Source of the DNA: Candidatus Thorarchaeota archaeon
GTDB lineage: Archaea; Asgardarchaeota; Thorarchaeia; Thorarchaeales; Thorarchaeaceae
Assembly (NCBI GenBank): GCA_008080745.1
Contig: SHMX01000001.1
Location: 308,617-372,616, forward strand
Length of the DNA stretch: 64,000 bases
Direction of reading: 5' to 3'
Below the pieces are notes generated by a model. It did no database searches. It was not told the DNA's origin and saw only the letters and a program-made list of their open reading frames with translations. How positions within the stretch are numbered: position 1 is the stretch's first letter; each line of letters begins with the position of its first letter. Positions 9,691 to 19,263 of the stretch are shown in pieces. The translations under genes were made by a program, and so were the position numbers.

Positions 9691-11904
9691 TTAGGTTCGC
9701 TTGTATACCCAACGGCTCCAAGAACCGAGATTGGGTAGCTCTTCAGGCATACCTTTGCGTGCTCTAATTTCAAGCACCTTAGGTTCCTGCATGTTGGATG
9801 GTAGAGGTTCGAATCCTCTGAATTCGTATCCAAAGAAGCTTCTACCTGCTGTTGCACTTCGGAACTCGTCTGCAATACCAATGGTTTCTGCAGTTGGAAG
9901 TGTTCCCTTTACCGTGACAGTGTCCTCTTCACCTTCGATAGTGAGAATCTGTCCTCGATGCCCAGTTAGTACTTTGATTACTTGACCTTGGGTATCTGTT
10001 GGAGTCTTAATATCAGCATTAAGCACAGGCTCGTAGAGCTGTGGTCTAGCTGTAAGGAAGGACAGATTGAGTCCAGCACTTGTCATGGTTGCAACTTCGT
10101 TGTAACCGGTATGAGCAGGATCACTGTGAACAGTTGCATCAGTCAACACTACTTTTACACCCATAATAGGTTCGTGGGCAAGAGGTCCTTCATCAATAAA
10201 CTCGCGGAAGGTGGTCTCAAGATAAGAGTAGATTCTATCGAATCGCTGTACACCACTCATTGCATCAACAAGCATGCACGATTCATAAATATCAAGAATC
10301 TTACGTGCCTCTTTTGCGTCCCAACCAGCTTCATCACGAAGGGTGGTAGCTCGCTCTCTCGCATTTTGTTCAGCAGTAATCTTCTTCTTCTTAATCAGCT
10401 CGACAGTTTTCTCATCTAATGGTTCTATGTATAGCCTTAGACGGTTATGACCGTTGGGAGACTTGGTATGGAATTCATCTCCGCGCTCATGAATTTTCTC
10501 ACGATAGACAATAATGGGTTCAGATACGTTAATCTTCACCTGTTCATTAATTCGTTTTGTGAGAATTTCAATCTGAAGTGGATCAATACCATCTAGCCGA
10601 TATTCACCAGACTCTTTGTCATGTACAAATCGTGCAGTGGGATCAGCCATAATCCATTTGGATACGACCTCACCAAGTTTTGCAATATCCTGTGGGTCCA
10701 CAGGTTTGATACTTCGACTGACAACAGGTTCGCTAACATATTCAATCTGTTCAAAGCCCTTCATCTCAGAGTCCGGGTCTGTGAAAGATTCACCAGAGGG
10801 ACACATGAAACCAAAGATTGAGAACAAGTTACCAGCAGGTACTTCCTCCATGTCAAGAATATCTGTGATTTCTTGAACTCCAAGTCTACGGACTCGAGCG
10901 TTTTGTCGCATTCCAATAAGTCGAATCTCCTGTCCGGAACGAAGAGTACCTGAAAATATTCTCCCAATAAGTGTCGGACGTTTGCTCTTGGGGTCAACGA
11001 AGATCTTGGTAATCATTCCAAGAAGTGGACCATCCCGATCACACTCTAACAATGCCTTCCCTTCAGGACTCTCAAGATCACCGGTCCAAATTCGAGGAAT
11101 CTTGTATTTTTGTGCTTCTTTAGGATTCGGCAGATGATGAACAATCATCTCTAAGAGTGCTTCATCCAATGGGAGGTTTTCACGTAACCAGCGTTCATCG
11201 CCCTCATCGTATTTCTCAAAGACAACTAGAGGTTTTATCTCTCTCTTTTCAAGAGTCTTCATAGTGAAGGCCCAGCCAGTCTTAGCACTACCTATGGCTA
11301 CAGTGCCTTCTTGGAAACTTACACGCCAATCAGAAGTAAATTCTGGAGGTGCAACTTTCTTGATGAGTTCATTAACCTTAGCAATGATAATGTCAATTCT
11401 TTCGTATACCTTCTTTGGTGGTAGCTTGAGCTCGTTGATTAGTCTGTCCACTTTGTTAATGAAAAGGACTGGTTTACAAGCTTCTCCACCCACAGCCAGA
11501 CGAATATTGGTTTCGGTCTGAGTCATAACACCTTCAAGTGCATCAACTAGAATGACTGCTCCATCACTAGCACGAAGTGCACGAGAGACCTCACCAGTGA
11601 AAGAAAGGTGTCCTGGGGTATCCGATAGCTGTACTAGATACTCTTCATTATCCACTTCGAAGTTGAGAAGAACTACACTTGTGAAGATGGTAATACCTCT
11701 CTCTTGTTCTTCCTCATCACTATCGGTCATTAATGCCTGTCCAGCTGCAGCATCACTCATGAGACCTGCTCGGCGCATAAGATAGTCCGATGTTGTGGTC
11801 TTTCCATGATCAATATGTGCACTGATTGATACGATTCTTTTATGTGAGTAATCGTCTGATTTGATTAGTCTTTTAATAGCGTCAGGGTCCTTGATTTTGA
11901 CCAT
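9691..11904 (-). CDS. Translation elongation factor 2 (aEF-2) with a non-canonical diphthamide loop
   Basis: G1 motif AHIDHGKTT, G3 motif DTPGH and G4 motif NKVD are present, and the five-domain length is 737 aa. The domain IV tip reads LTDATVHSDPAHTGYNEV instead of the canonical DAIHRGGGQ. Confidence 0.9.
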   Translation of the reverse strand: MVKIKDPDAIKRLIKSDDYSHKRIVSISAHIDHGKTTTSDYLMRRAGLMSDAAAGQALMTDSDEEEQERGITIFTSVVLLNFEVDNEEYLVQLSDTPGHLSFTGEVSRALRASDGAVILVDALEGVMTQTETNIRLAVGGEACKPVLFINKVDRLINELKLPPKKVYERIDIIIAKVNELIKKVAPPEFTSDWRVSFQEGTVAIGSAKTGWAFTMKTLEKREIKPLVVFEKYDEGDERWLRENLPLDEALLEMIVHHLPNPKEAQKYKIPRIWTGDLESPEGKALLECDRDGPLLGMITKIFVDPKSKRPTLIGRIFSGTLRSGQEIRLIGMRQNARVRRLGVQEITDILDMEEVPAGNLFSIFGFMCPSGESFTDPDSEMKGFEQIEYVSEPVVSRSIKPVDPQDIAKLGEVVSKWIMADPTARFVHDKESGEYRLDGIDPLQIEILTKRINEQVKINVSEPIIVYREKIHERGDEFHTKSPNGHNRLRLYIEPLDEKTVELIKKKKITAEQNARERATTLRDEAGWDAKEARKILDIYESCMLVDAMSGVQRFDRIYSYLETTFREFIDEGPLAHEPIMGVKVVLTDATVHSDPAHTGYNEVATMTSAGLNLSFLTARPQLYEPVLNADIKTPTDTQGQVIKVLTGHRGQILTIEGEEDTVTVKGTLPTAETIGIADEFRSATAGRSFFGYEFRGFEPLPSNMQEPKVLEIRARKGMPEELPNLGSWSRWVYKRT

Positions 11905-12139
11905 CGATTTTCACCCTTAATTATCAATAGCCTGACCCCAACTTGATACAATATAGTTCTCATAAGAACTCGTTGAGGTCACCGTTTTCTATACCGGTGG
12001 CTTGCGCGACAGCCCTTATAGAATCTTAAAAGATTATCGTCATAGGATATAATGTCAAGAAATCGATTGCTTCATCTACAAATCTATTACAAAGGAAAAA
12101 TCCATTTCATATTGAAAAGTACCGAAGGTTTCAATAACT

Positions 12140-12811
12140 ATGATTAACGAGTTAATTGGGCCATTGCATTGGGTCTTATTATCAGGATTACTAGGGATGT
12201 TTATTTCAGGCATATTTTCCAAAAAACTTCAGCTTGAAAGAAGGTTTTTTCTTATTCCTTATGTCATAATCATGTCAATATTTCTATATTCCTTCTTTTC
12301 ACTGAACAATATCAGTTTCCTAAATCTAATCATTGAAAATTCGATGTATGGAATAATTGTAGGGATAATTGTAGGCGGAATTCTTGTAAAGACGGTTCAA
12401 AATCAACCAATATCTCGAACCAGTACTGGAAACAAACTATTAGGAGAGGTTCTCTGGTTTGGTATAATCTATGGATTTATTGATGCACTATTATTGAATG
12501 TTATTCCAGTCATCACAATATGGAATGGTTTCGAAATAATGGGATTAACTAGTATATGGTGGGGAATGATTATTGCGTTGGTAACTAGTTTTACTGCAAG
12601 TATGTTCGTCACTTTCATGTATCATATTGGATATGATGAGTTTCGCAACAAGAGTATTGGTTTCGTTATAATTGGAAACAGCATTATCACAATTGCATAT
12701 ATCATAAGTCTAAATCCACTTGGTGCAATACTAAGTCATGTGATCATGCATATCGCTGCAGTATATCAAGGGCCAAAAACAACTCTTCAATTACCGCCAC
12801 ATCATGAATAA
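12140..12811 (+). CDS. Hypothetical polytopic membrane protein
   Basis: Six to seven predicted hydrophobic helices and no recognisable family motif. Confidence 0.5.
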   Translation: MINELIGPLHWVLLSGLLGMFISGIFSKKLQLERRFFLIPYVIIMSIFLYSFFSLNNISFLNLIIENSMYGIIVGIIVGGILVKTVQNQPISRTSTGNKLLGEVLWFGIIYGFIDALLLNVIPVITIWNGFEIMGLTSIWWGMIIALVTSFTASMFVTFMYHIGYDEFRNKSIGFVIIGNSIITIAYIISLNPLGAILSHVIMHIAAVYQGPKTTLQLPPHHE

Positions 12812-12826
12812 TATGGTAAATTGATA

Positions 12827-13606
12827 CTATTTCTCAGCGATAACAACCATTCTTTCGCTGGTCGAAGAGTATGGCATTTTTGGTAGTTTATTCTGTCCAT
12901 AATATTCTATTCGCGAGAATCCTATGGCCTCAAGCATTGTTCGAATTTCAAGAGCGGTATACATTCGGATATCATTGTTAGACATAGCATCTTGATTCAT
13001 GAGTATAATGCGAGATTTCTCGGAATCGATATAGATTGCAGGTCGTCCCTTAAGTACTCCAGATGGTGCATCCAATGCATGGGGTTCACTTAGAAGATAT
13101 CCTTCGTCAACCTTGGACCAAGTCTTCTGAAAACGTGGGAGGTTATATGGATTCATCAAGTCCAGTATTAGACGTCCTCCATCAACCAGTGCATTGAACG
13201 AGCCCTCAAGGACACGTAAGTTTTCCTCATGATCGAAGAAACCAAAACTATGACTGAGGATAACAGCACCTGTGAATCTTTTGACAAAATTAATTTCTCG
13301 CATGTCCCCTCGGAAGAGGTTCACATTGACTCCTGCCTCAATGGCTTTCTCATCTGCGACACTGATGAGAGTTTGGGATAAATCAAAACCAGATACCTCA
13401 AATCCGCGTTGAGCAAACTCGATTGCATGGTCACCTGCTCCGCAGGCAATATCCAATATTTCATCGCCTTTCTCTAATTTGAGCGTCTCAATACAGAAAT
13501 CAACAATGAGGCTGTCATATTGCTGAATACCCGGAATTGTCTGACGATGCTTGACTCGGAATAGTTCAGCCCAAAATTCATCCCAGCCTTTTTCAACGTT
13601 TTCCAT
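12827..13606 (-). CDS. Class I SAM-dependent methyltransferase
   Basis: Motif I ILDIACGAGDHAIEFAQRGFEVSGFDLS, followed by the acidic post-I residue. Confidence 0.75.
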   Translation of the reverse strand: MENVEKGWDEFWAELFRVKHRQTIPGIQQYDSLIVDFCIETLKLEKGDEILDIACGAGDHAIEFAQRGFEVSGFDLSQTLISVADEKAIEAGVNVNLFRGDMREINFVKRFTGAVILSHSFGFFDHEENLRVLEGSFNALVDGGRLILDLMNPYNLPRFQKTWSKVDEGYLLSEPHALDAPSGVLKGRPAIYIDSEKSRIILMNQDAMSNNDIRMYTALEIRTMLEAIGFSRIEYYGQNKLPKMPYSSTSERMVVIAEK

Positions 13607-13804
13607 ATCTCATTCTTCCAACAAAAATAGGTCATTTGTAAGATATGAAGCTTGTTGTAGAGAATACTCTTAGCGTTATATTATTGAAATTTCGAAGACC
13701 ATGTATTGGGTCTATTCGAAATTAGGTTAAAAGAGAACAAATGTTATGCATGATAGAGAACCTCTCATAAATCAGAGAGGTCAAAGTAATGCAAGGGGAA
13801 AAAA

Positions 13805-14167
13805 ATGAGCCAAAAAATTCAAGATCTAACAGAAATCTTGCGAGGTTTGGAACAAGGTTCTGACGTCATGGGATCTGCTCTTGTCACGGACAAGGGACAA
13901 TTGATCTGTGCTTCACTACACTCTGATGTTGATGAGAGAGCTGTTGCCGCTATGGGTGCAGCCATGCTCTCAATCGGAACACGTGTTGGAAAAGTCCTAA
14001 ATTCAGGTGAAATGGAATCCATCGAGATAGATGGAGAGGATAGCTTGGTTATCGTCCGCCATATTGGTAAAACTATTCTAATTGCTACCGCACCACCTGA
14101 TGCTAAAGTAGGTCTCATTGATTTTGAGATCGACAAAGCACAAGAAGAAATAGAGAACCTTCTCTAA
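13805..14167 (+). CDS. Roadblock/LC7 (MglB-like) domain protein
   Basis: 120-aa protein with the characteristic pattern GSALVTDKGQLI ... AAMGAAMLSIG ... IEIDGEDSLVIVRHIG. It is closely similar to the second Roadblock protein at 23514-23876. Confidence 0.8.
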   Translation: MSQKIQDLTEILRGLEQGSDVMGSALVTDKGQLICASLHSDVDERAVAAMGAAMLSIGTRVGKVLNSGEMESIEIDGEDSLVIVRHIGKTILIATAPPDAKVGLIDFEIDKAQEEIENLL

Positions 14168-14179
14168 CTATACAATACT

Positions 14180-14232
14180 GTCTTGAGGATAAATATCCTC
14201 AAGACTCTGACTGTTTTTATTTTATTTTTTTA
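14180..14232 (+). terminator. Hairpin plus T-tract downstream of the Roadblock gene
   Basis: Perfect 11-bp stem (gtcttgaggat aaat atcctcaagac) at 14180-14205, followed by a T-rich run (ctgtttttattttatttttttac). Confidence 0.45.
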
Positions 14233-14502
14233 CTATAATAAGAAGAATGTGGAGATATCCGCATTAAGTCATGCTAGTCTGGCCGCCGGGAGGGAAGGAC
14301 AGATTCAAGCGTTAAGAGAAATATAAGCCAATAATGCGGACTAAATTCTCCGAGAGGTCATAGAAAAAGATACCTATAAATCTATAGGTTTTCTACAAAA
14401 AGACGGAAGTTGTTCAAAAAAAGAAAGATGGCGTTATTTTTGGAGGTGTCAATATCTAATAGATAGAAGAAGTAATGTGTAGTAGAAGAGAGAAGAACAA
14501 GT

Positions 14503-14612
14503 TGGTAGCCCCGCCAGGACTCGAACCTGGGTCAAGGGGAGATCCTATCGAAGAGCACTGGAAGCTCAACGGTTCCAGAACCCCTCATGATGGACCGCTA
14601 CACCACGGGGCT
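14503..14612 (-). tRNA. tRNA-Gln (anticodon CUG) with a 34-nt intron at the canonical 37/38 position
   Basis: Folded by hand. The acceptor stem is AGCCCCG/CGGGGCU with discriminator A73 and an encoded CCA. The T-arm is CCAGG-UUCGAGU-CCUGG. The anticodon stem AGGGG/CCCCU carries the loop UUCUGG. The A1-U72 pair plus A73 fit archaeal tRNA-Gln identity. An Arg(UCU) assignment under a shifted fold is the less likely alternative. Confidence 0.6.
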
Positions 14613-14788
14613 ATACATTTGTTGTTAAGCAGATAGATGTCGTCTAATAGATATATTGATAGATATCCACTGTTCATCGAGCAGGACATTAGGTTTGTTT
14701 AATTACCTTTTCGGTGAGTTTGATCAATTTTTCGAGACAGATGTAATTATTAATATGATACAAAGAATCAATTCTTCGTGAGATAGCT

Positions 14789-15526
14789 ATGCCAATCTGG
14801 ACAGAATTGACCCATCCAAAGTTTATCGATGCATCCAATCGAACTGAGGTTGTGGTCATGATCACAGGAGCGCTAGAAGCTCATGGAAAGCATCTTCCGC
14901 TCGGAACAGACACTATTCTACCCAAATACCTTGCTGAAGAGATAGCTGGAAAAACAAAAGCATTGATCCTGCCACCAATACCATATGGAGATAGCTGGTC
15001 TTTCGATCCATTTGCGGGAACTGTTTCAGTATTACCGGAAACACTAGTTCATCTGTATCATGATGTGATGAAATCGGTATTCAATCATGGCTTCAGATTT
15101 ATTATAGCACTAAATGGACATGGTCCAAATTCAGCTTTATTACAGCAAGCTGCGAAGAAGGCGACCAACAAAGGAGAGCATGCGGTCATTATTGTCAACT
15201 GGTGGTTGGACCTTGCAAAGAGTGCAAGAAAAATCGTTCTCACTACACCAGAGGGGCATGCGGCTGAAGATGAAACTTCGGAGATGTTGTTTGTAAGACC
15301 CGAGCTTGTAGATGAGGCTAACATGGTAGCAGGGAGAGTTGAAACAAAGTACAGAATCGTTTCAGCTCGATACCGAGAAGATCTTCTTCCCAATGCAATC
15401 TATGGAAACCCATTAGATGCTAGTGAAGACAAGGGTCGAATAATCATGGAACAAGCAGTAGAGGAACTCATTGAATTGGTTCAAAGCTTGGAACGAGGAA
15501 AGCTCCCTTTGATTGAAAATGAATAG
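14789..15526 (+). CDS. Creatininase-family amidohydrolase (ArfB-like)
   Basis: Carries the creatininase signature GALEAHGKHLPLGTD and downstream metal ligands. Confidence 0.7.
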   Translation: MPIWTELTHPKFIDASNRTEVVVMITGALEAHGKHLPLGTDTILPKYLAEEIAGKTKALILPPIPYGDSWSFDPFAGTVSVLPETLVHLYHDVMKSVFNHGFRFIIALNGHGPNSALLQQAAKKATNKGEHAVIIVNWWLDLAKSARKIVLTTPEGHAAEDETSEMLFVRPELVDEANMVAGRVETKYRIVSARYREDLLPNAIYGNPLDASEDKGRIIMEQAVEELIELVQSLERGKLPLIENE

Positions 15527-15528
15527 TT

Positions 15529-16377
15529 CTAGATTCCAATCTTGAATATCAACGCATCACGCAAAAGACGTTGAAACATCTTGAGCAAGTTCTTGCCTTC
15601 TGTAGCAATAGTGGGAAATACAGGTAAACCTTCCAAATCTAACATTCGCACCATATAATCGATGGGCAAAGCGTTTGGAAGGTCTCGTTTGTTCAATGCT
15701 ACGACAATTGGCATAGTTGCTAATCTATCAGTCCCTAAAGCAATCCGTAGTTCCTGAATCGAAGCAAGATTCTCGTTCATCTGTTCTGGTTGACTATCAG
15801 CCATGAATATTAGACCATCAACATCTCGCAAGACAGTAATTCGACTTTGAGCGTGTCGTCTCTGACCAGCTACCGTAAAGACATCAAATACGATTTTCTC
15901 GTTGGCTGCGATGGGTACGAAATCAAAGAAGGTAGTTCGTCCTAGCTCATCAGCAATCTCAACTATTTTCCCCTTCGACAATGAACGAACATTGGCAAAG
16001 AGCCAACGTAATGCAGTTGTCTTTCCGGATAATGATGGACCGTAAAACACGATTTTGATGTGTACTCGGCCCTGACCATCACGTCGAATTGACCTCCCCG
16101 GTACTATCTCTTCTACGCGTTGTCGAGAGATTTTTGCTCTTTCAGCTAGTTCTGTGGTGATTTCTTGATCAATCAGCATTCCTTTTTGGGAGGCAACAAG
16201 GGTCCCATTCGGAGGGGGAGTGGGATTTACAGATTTCACTGATTCAGTCGTTTCCAGTGATTTGGTTTCAGTAGTCTCTCCGGAGGAAATATCAGAGGTA
16301 TCCAGTTCATTCTCCTCTTCGGGTTTTCCTCTCAGACGGGAGATCAATCTTTTTAATCGGGACAAGCCTCTCTCCAT
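15529..16377 (-). CDS. MglA-like small GTPase with an about 110-aa Ser/Thr/Glu-rich N-terminal extension
   Basis: P-loop IVFYGPSLSGKTT (compare Myxococcus MglA YYGPGLCGKTT). Switch II is TVAGQ, with the MglA-type Thr replacing Asp. The G4 motif is NKRD. Confidence 0.75.
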   Translation of the reverse strand: MERGLSRLKRLISRLRGKPEEENELDTSDISSGETTETKSLETTESVKSVNPTPPPNGTLVASQKGMLIDQEITTELAERAKISRQRVEEIVPGRSIRRDGQGRVHIKIVFYGPSLSGKTTALRWLFANVRSLSKGKIVEIADELGRTTFFDFVPIAANEKIVFDVFTVAGQRRHAQSRITVLRDVDGLIFMADSQPEQMNENLASIQELRIALGTDRLATMPIVVALNKRDLPNALPIDYMVRMLDLEGLPVFPTIATEGKNLLKMFQRLLRDALIFKIGI

Positions 16378-16407
16378 TCGTCACAGTACTAATGACAGAC
16401 TTAAACT

Positions 16408-17601
16408 TTGGGGGGGCCTCTTTTTCTCCACAACCGTTCAGTGAACTTTATCAGATACAGAGTAGAAAGCAAAAATATGCCAGGAATTATCGAGAAAGAT
16501 GTCATTGCTTCACAGTTTCCAACATTGAATGATATGACCTATTTGAATAATGCATCAACTGGAATACCTCCAAGAAAAACAATAGAAAGCATCAAGCAGT
16601 ATTTGGATAACAAGGAACGAGCTATAGGAAACTTTCAAGAAACGCTCAAAGCTTTCAAAAATATTCGGGAGCTCCTGGCAGAGTTATTAGGAGGACATTA
16701 CAAACAGTACGGGCTTGTTCCTAACACTTCAGAAGGAATAAACGCATTTGGGCACGGAATTACCTATTCTGATAATGCAAACATTGTAATCTGCGACCTC
16801 GAGTTTCCTGCAAATTATATTCCCTGGCAGAATATTGCAGAGTTGTACAACATTGAACTTCGTGTTGTCAAATCCGTAAAAGGACAGGTTCCAATCGAGA
16901 GTTTTGCTGAGAGTATTGATAAGCATACCAAAGTGGTTTCTGTCAGCCAAGTTCAATTCGCTTCCGGATTTAAAACGAACCTCTCCAAATTGGCAAAAAT
17001 AGCTCACGAGAATGAAGCATTCTTTGTGACAGATATCATTCAAGCAGCAGGATGTGTTGAAACAGACCTGAATGCCGCAGACGTAGATTTTGCAGCAGCC
17101 CAAGCTGCTAAATGGTTGATTGGACCAATCGGAGCGGGATTTGTGTATATTAAAGAAGAGTTAATCGAACAGATAAGACCGAGATATCTGGGTTGGTGGG
17201 GTGTGCAGGATTTCTGGGAGTTTGAGTATCAGGAGCGAAAACTGATGCCAGACGCAACACGATTCATTGTAGGTTCGCCTGCTATGACTGCTTATGTAGG
17301 GTTCCAAGAATCGTTGAAGGTTCTTTTAGACATTCCCGGAGAAAAACGTGAAAAAGCAGCAATAGCAACAGCAGATTATCTTCGAAAAAGGCTACAGGAA
17401 GAGAATATACCCTATTACGATTTCCCAGTAGAAAATCAATCTGCCATAGTATCATGCGCACCACCAGAGGCTGACGATCTGCAAATGGCACTACACAAGG
17501 AGAATATCCATTGCTCAGTGAGAAATGGTAGGCTTAGAGTTTCACCACATTTCTATAACACGTATGAGGACATAGACAGACTAATGGAAAAAATCAGGTG
17601 A
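16408..17601 (+). CDS. Class V aminotransferase-fold PLP enzyme (cysteine desulfurase / selenocysteine lyase-like)
   Basis: N-terminal LNNASTG and the PLP-lysine region AAQAAKWLIGPIGAGFVY. The likely true start is the internal Met (MPGIIEK...). Confidence 0.7.
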   Translation: MGGPLFLHNRSVNFIRYRVESKNMPGIIEKDVIASQFPTLNDMTYLNNASTGIPPRKTIESIKQYLDNKERAIGNFQETLKAFKNIRELLAELLGGHYKQYGLVPNTSEGINAFGHGITYSDNANIVICDLEFPANYIPWQNIAELYNIELRVVKSVKGQVPIESFAESIDKHTKVVSVSQVQFASGFKTNLSKLAKIAHENEAFFVTDIIQAAGCVETDLNAADVDFAAAQAAKWLIGPIGAGFVYIKEELIEQIRPRYLGWWGVQDFWEFEYQERKLMPDATRFIVGSPAMTAYVGFQESLKVLLDIPGEKREKAAIATADYLRKRLQEENIPYYDFPVENQSAIVSCAPPEADDLQMALHKENIHCSVRNGRLRVSPHFYNTYEDIDRLMEKIR

Positions 17602-18287
17602 TAGATATGTTTGATGTGATAGACCAAAAAATATACTTTAGAGTTGCTAACACTTTTGATTCCAATATCGGACTCATTATTGAAGACGGACATATAGTTT
17701 TAGTTGATTCAGGGACAGGAATGAATCATAACCAATTGGTGCGTGATCTGAAGACACTCAACCTCGATGTATCAGACATAACAGATATTCTACTGACTCA
17801 TTCACATATTGACCACATTGGAGGTATTCTTCCCATTATGGATGAGACCGACGTTACCATTCACCTGCACAAAGCTGAAGCTGAAAAAATAAATGCAGGA
17901 AACACTAGCTGTACGCTCTCTCAGAATTTCGGTCATGATTTTCCCCCAATCACTATAGAGAGTATATTGGATGAGGGTTCAGTTCTTGAGTTTGGTGACA
18001 CACGGCTGAAAATATATCATACACCTGGACATTCTCTTGGTTCAGTCTGCATCAAAGTAGAAGATACACCCATATTGTTTACAGGAGACACCATGTTCCC
18101 CGGTGGCAGCTTTGGAAGAGTAGATTTTCCTGGCGGTGATAAAAGGAAGATAGTAGAATCTTTGAAGAGAATCTCTTCTATGGATTTCGATATTGCGTTA
18201 CCTGGGCACATGAACGCAGTAAAAAGCAATGGAAAGAAATCTGCAATTTCATCATACCAGATGGCAAAATCATGGTTTAAGGTGTAG
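17598..18287 (+). CDS. MBL-fold metallo-hydrolase
   Basis: Contains THSHIDHIGG (HxHxDH), with later His and Asp ligands. Confidence 0.8.
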   Translation: MIDMFDVIDQKIYFRVANTFDSNIGLIIEDGHIVLVDSGTGMNHNQLVRDLKTLNLDVSDITDILLTHSHIDHIGGILPIMDETDVTIHLHKAEAEKINAGNTSCTLSQNFGHDFPPITIESILDEGSVLEFGDTRLKIYHTPGHSLGSVCIKVEDTPILFTGDTMFPGGSFGRVDFPGGDKRKIVESLKRISSMDFDIALPGHMNAVKSNGKKSAISSYQMAKSWFKV

Positions 18288-19263
18288 AGATTGATTTCAT
18301 GAGCTTATCTATGTCAAGAGATGATTCTTCGCGATAATCAGATTCAGCAATACATTTTGCCTCAAGTGCTTTTACAAGAGCATAAACTGTTTCACTCGCA
18401 GGTGTGGGAATTCCAAGCTCTTTTGCATAATTGATAATTTTCCCTGTTATAGAGTCAATCTCAGTTAGTTTTCCCGCTCGAATATCTTGAAGCATCGAGT
18501 TGATATTGCTGCTGGTTGCTTTAGCAGTACCAAGGGCATATCTAACGGGATCTTCAGTAGTAAGATTGATACCCAGGGCCTCTACAACAAGTACGGCTTC
18601 CTCCACCAATTGAACTATCAGACCTCTGAGGTCTTGATTTTCATATACTTCACCATTCGTAAGACCCGTAAGCGCGCCGATAGGATTTATCCCACAGTTG
18701 ACCAATGTCTTAGTCCATACAACACCCTCAATGTTATCTGACACCTTAACATCAAAACCTGCAGAACGCAACATTTCAGAGATTATCGGGATGAATCCAT
18801 AATTGGATGGAAAATGAGAGCCAATTTCAGTTAATCCAGTCCCAGTCACTTTTACTTTTCCGGGTCCGGTTCTAATAGCACCCATACAGGTTGTACCACG
18901 AATCACTCTTTTTGTATCTAAGCTTTCAGCAATTTCTTTTTCGGTACCAATACCATTTTGGAGAACCATAACATATGCACCACGCTCAACAAGATGACTA
19001 ACTCGTTTTGCAGCGGTAACGGTATCATAGGTCTTGGTTGTGATGAGGACAAGGTCTGCGTCTTCTATACTGCTCGGATCTGTGGTAGTATCGGGATATA
19101 CTACATGTGTGCCCATTACCCCAGTTATTTTCAAACCGTGAGAAGCAATAGCATCAATATGGGGTTTTCTGCCAACAAGAGTTACATTGTGTTCGCTATT
19201 CAGTGTTAGAAATCCACCATATAGACTTCCTATGGCACCCGACCCCATTACAACAATTTTCAC
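18277..19263 (-). CDS. panE: 2-dehydropantoate 2-reductase (ketopantoate reductase)
   Basis: N-terminal Rossmann motif MKIVVMGSGAIGSLYGG and the ApbA/PanE C-terminal domain. It is the first gene of the CoA cluster. Confidence 0.7.
   Translation of the reverse strand: MKIVVMGSGAIGSLYGGFLTLNSEHNVTLVGRKPHIDAIASHGLKITGVMGTHVVYPDTTTDPSSIEDADLVLITTKTYDTVTAAKRVSHLVERGAYVMVLQNGIGTEKEIAESLDTKRVIRGTTCMGAIRTGPGKVKVTGTGLTEIGSHFPSNYGFIPIISEMLRSAGFDVKVSDNIEGVVWTKTLVNCGINPIGALTGLTNGEVYENQDLRGLIVQLVEEAVLVVEALGINLTTEDPVRYALGTAKATSSNINSMLQDIRAGKLTEIDSITGKIINYAKELGIPTPASETVYALVKALEAKCIAESDYREESSLDIDKLMKSISTP

Noticed and set aside
9701-11785. Plus-strand ORFs overlapping aEF-2 (9701-9985, 9982-10419, 10616-10876, 11264-11521, 11552-11785 and others)
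   Set aside because: They are shadow ORFs opposite a gene with unambiguous G-domain and translocase motifs.
14503-14612. Alternative tRNA fold giving anticodon UCU (Arg)
   Set aside because: It requires two unpaired nucleotides between the D-stem and the anticodon stem and a purine at position 32. The Gln(CUG) register gives a standard D-arm, U32/U33 and the archaeal Gln identity pair A1-U72.
13805-16377. Calling the Roadblock (13805) and MglA-like GTPase (15529) an operon
   Set aside because: They are on opposite strands and separated by terminator-like hairpins, a tRNA and a creatininase-family gene. They are only loosely linked.
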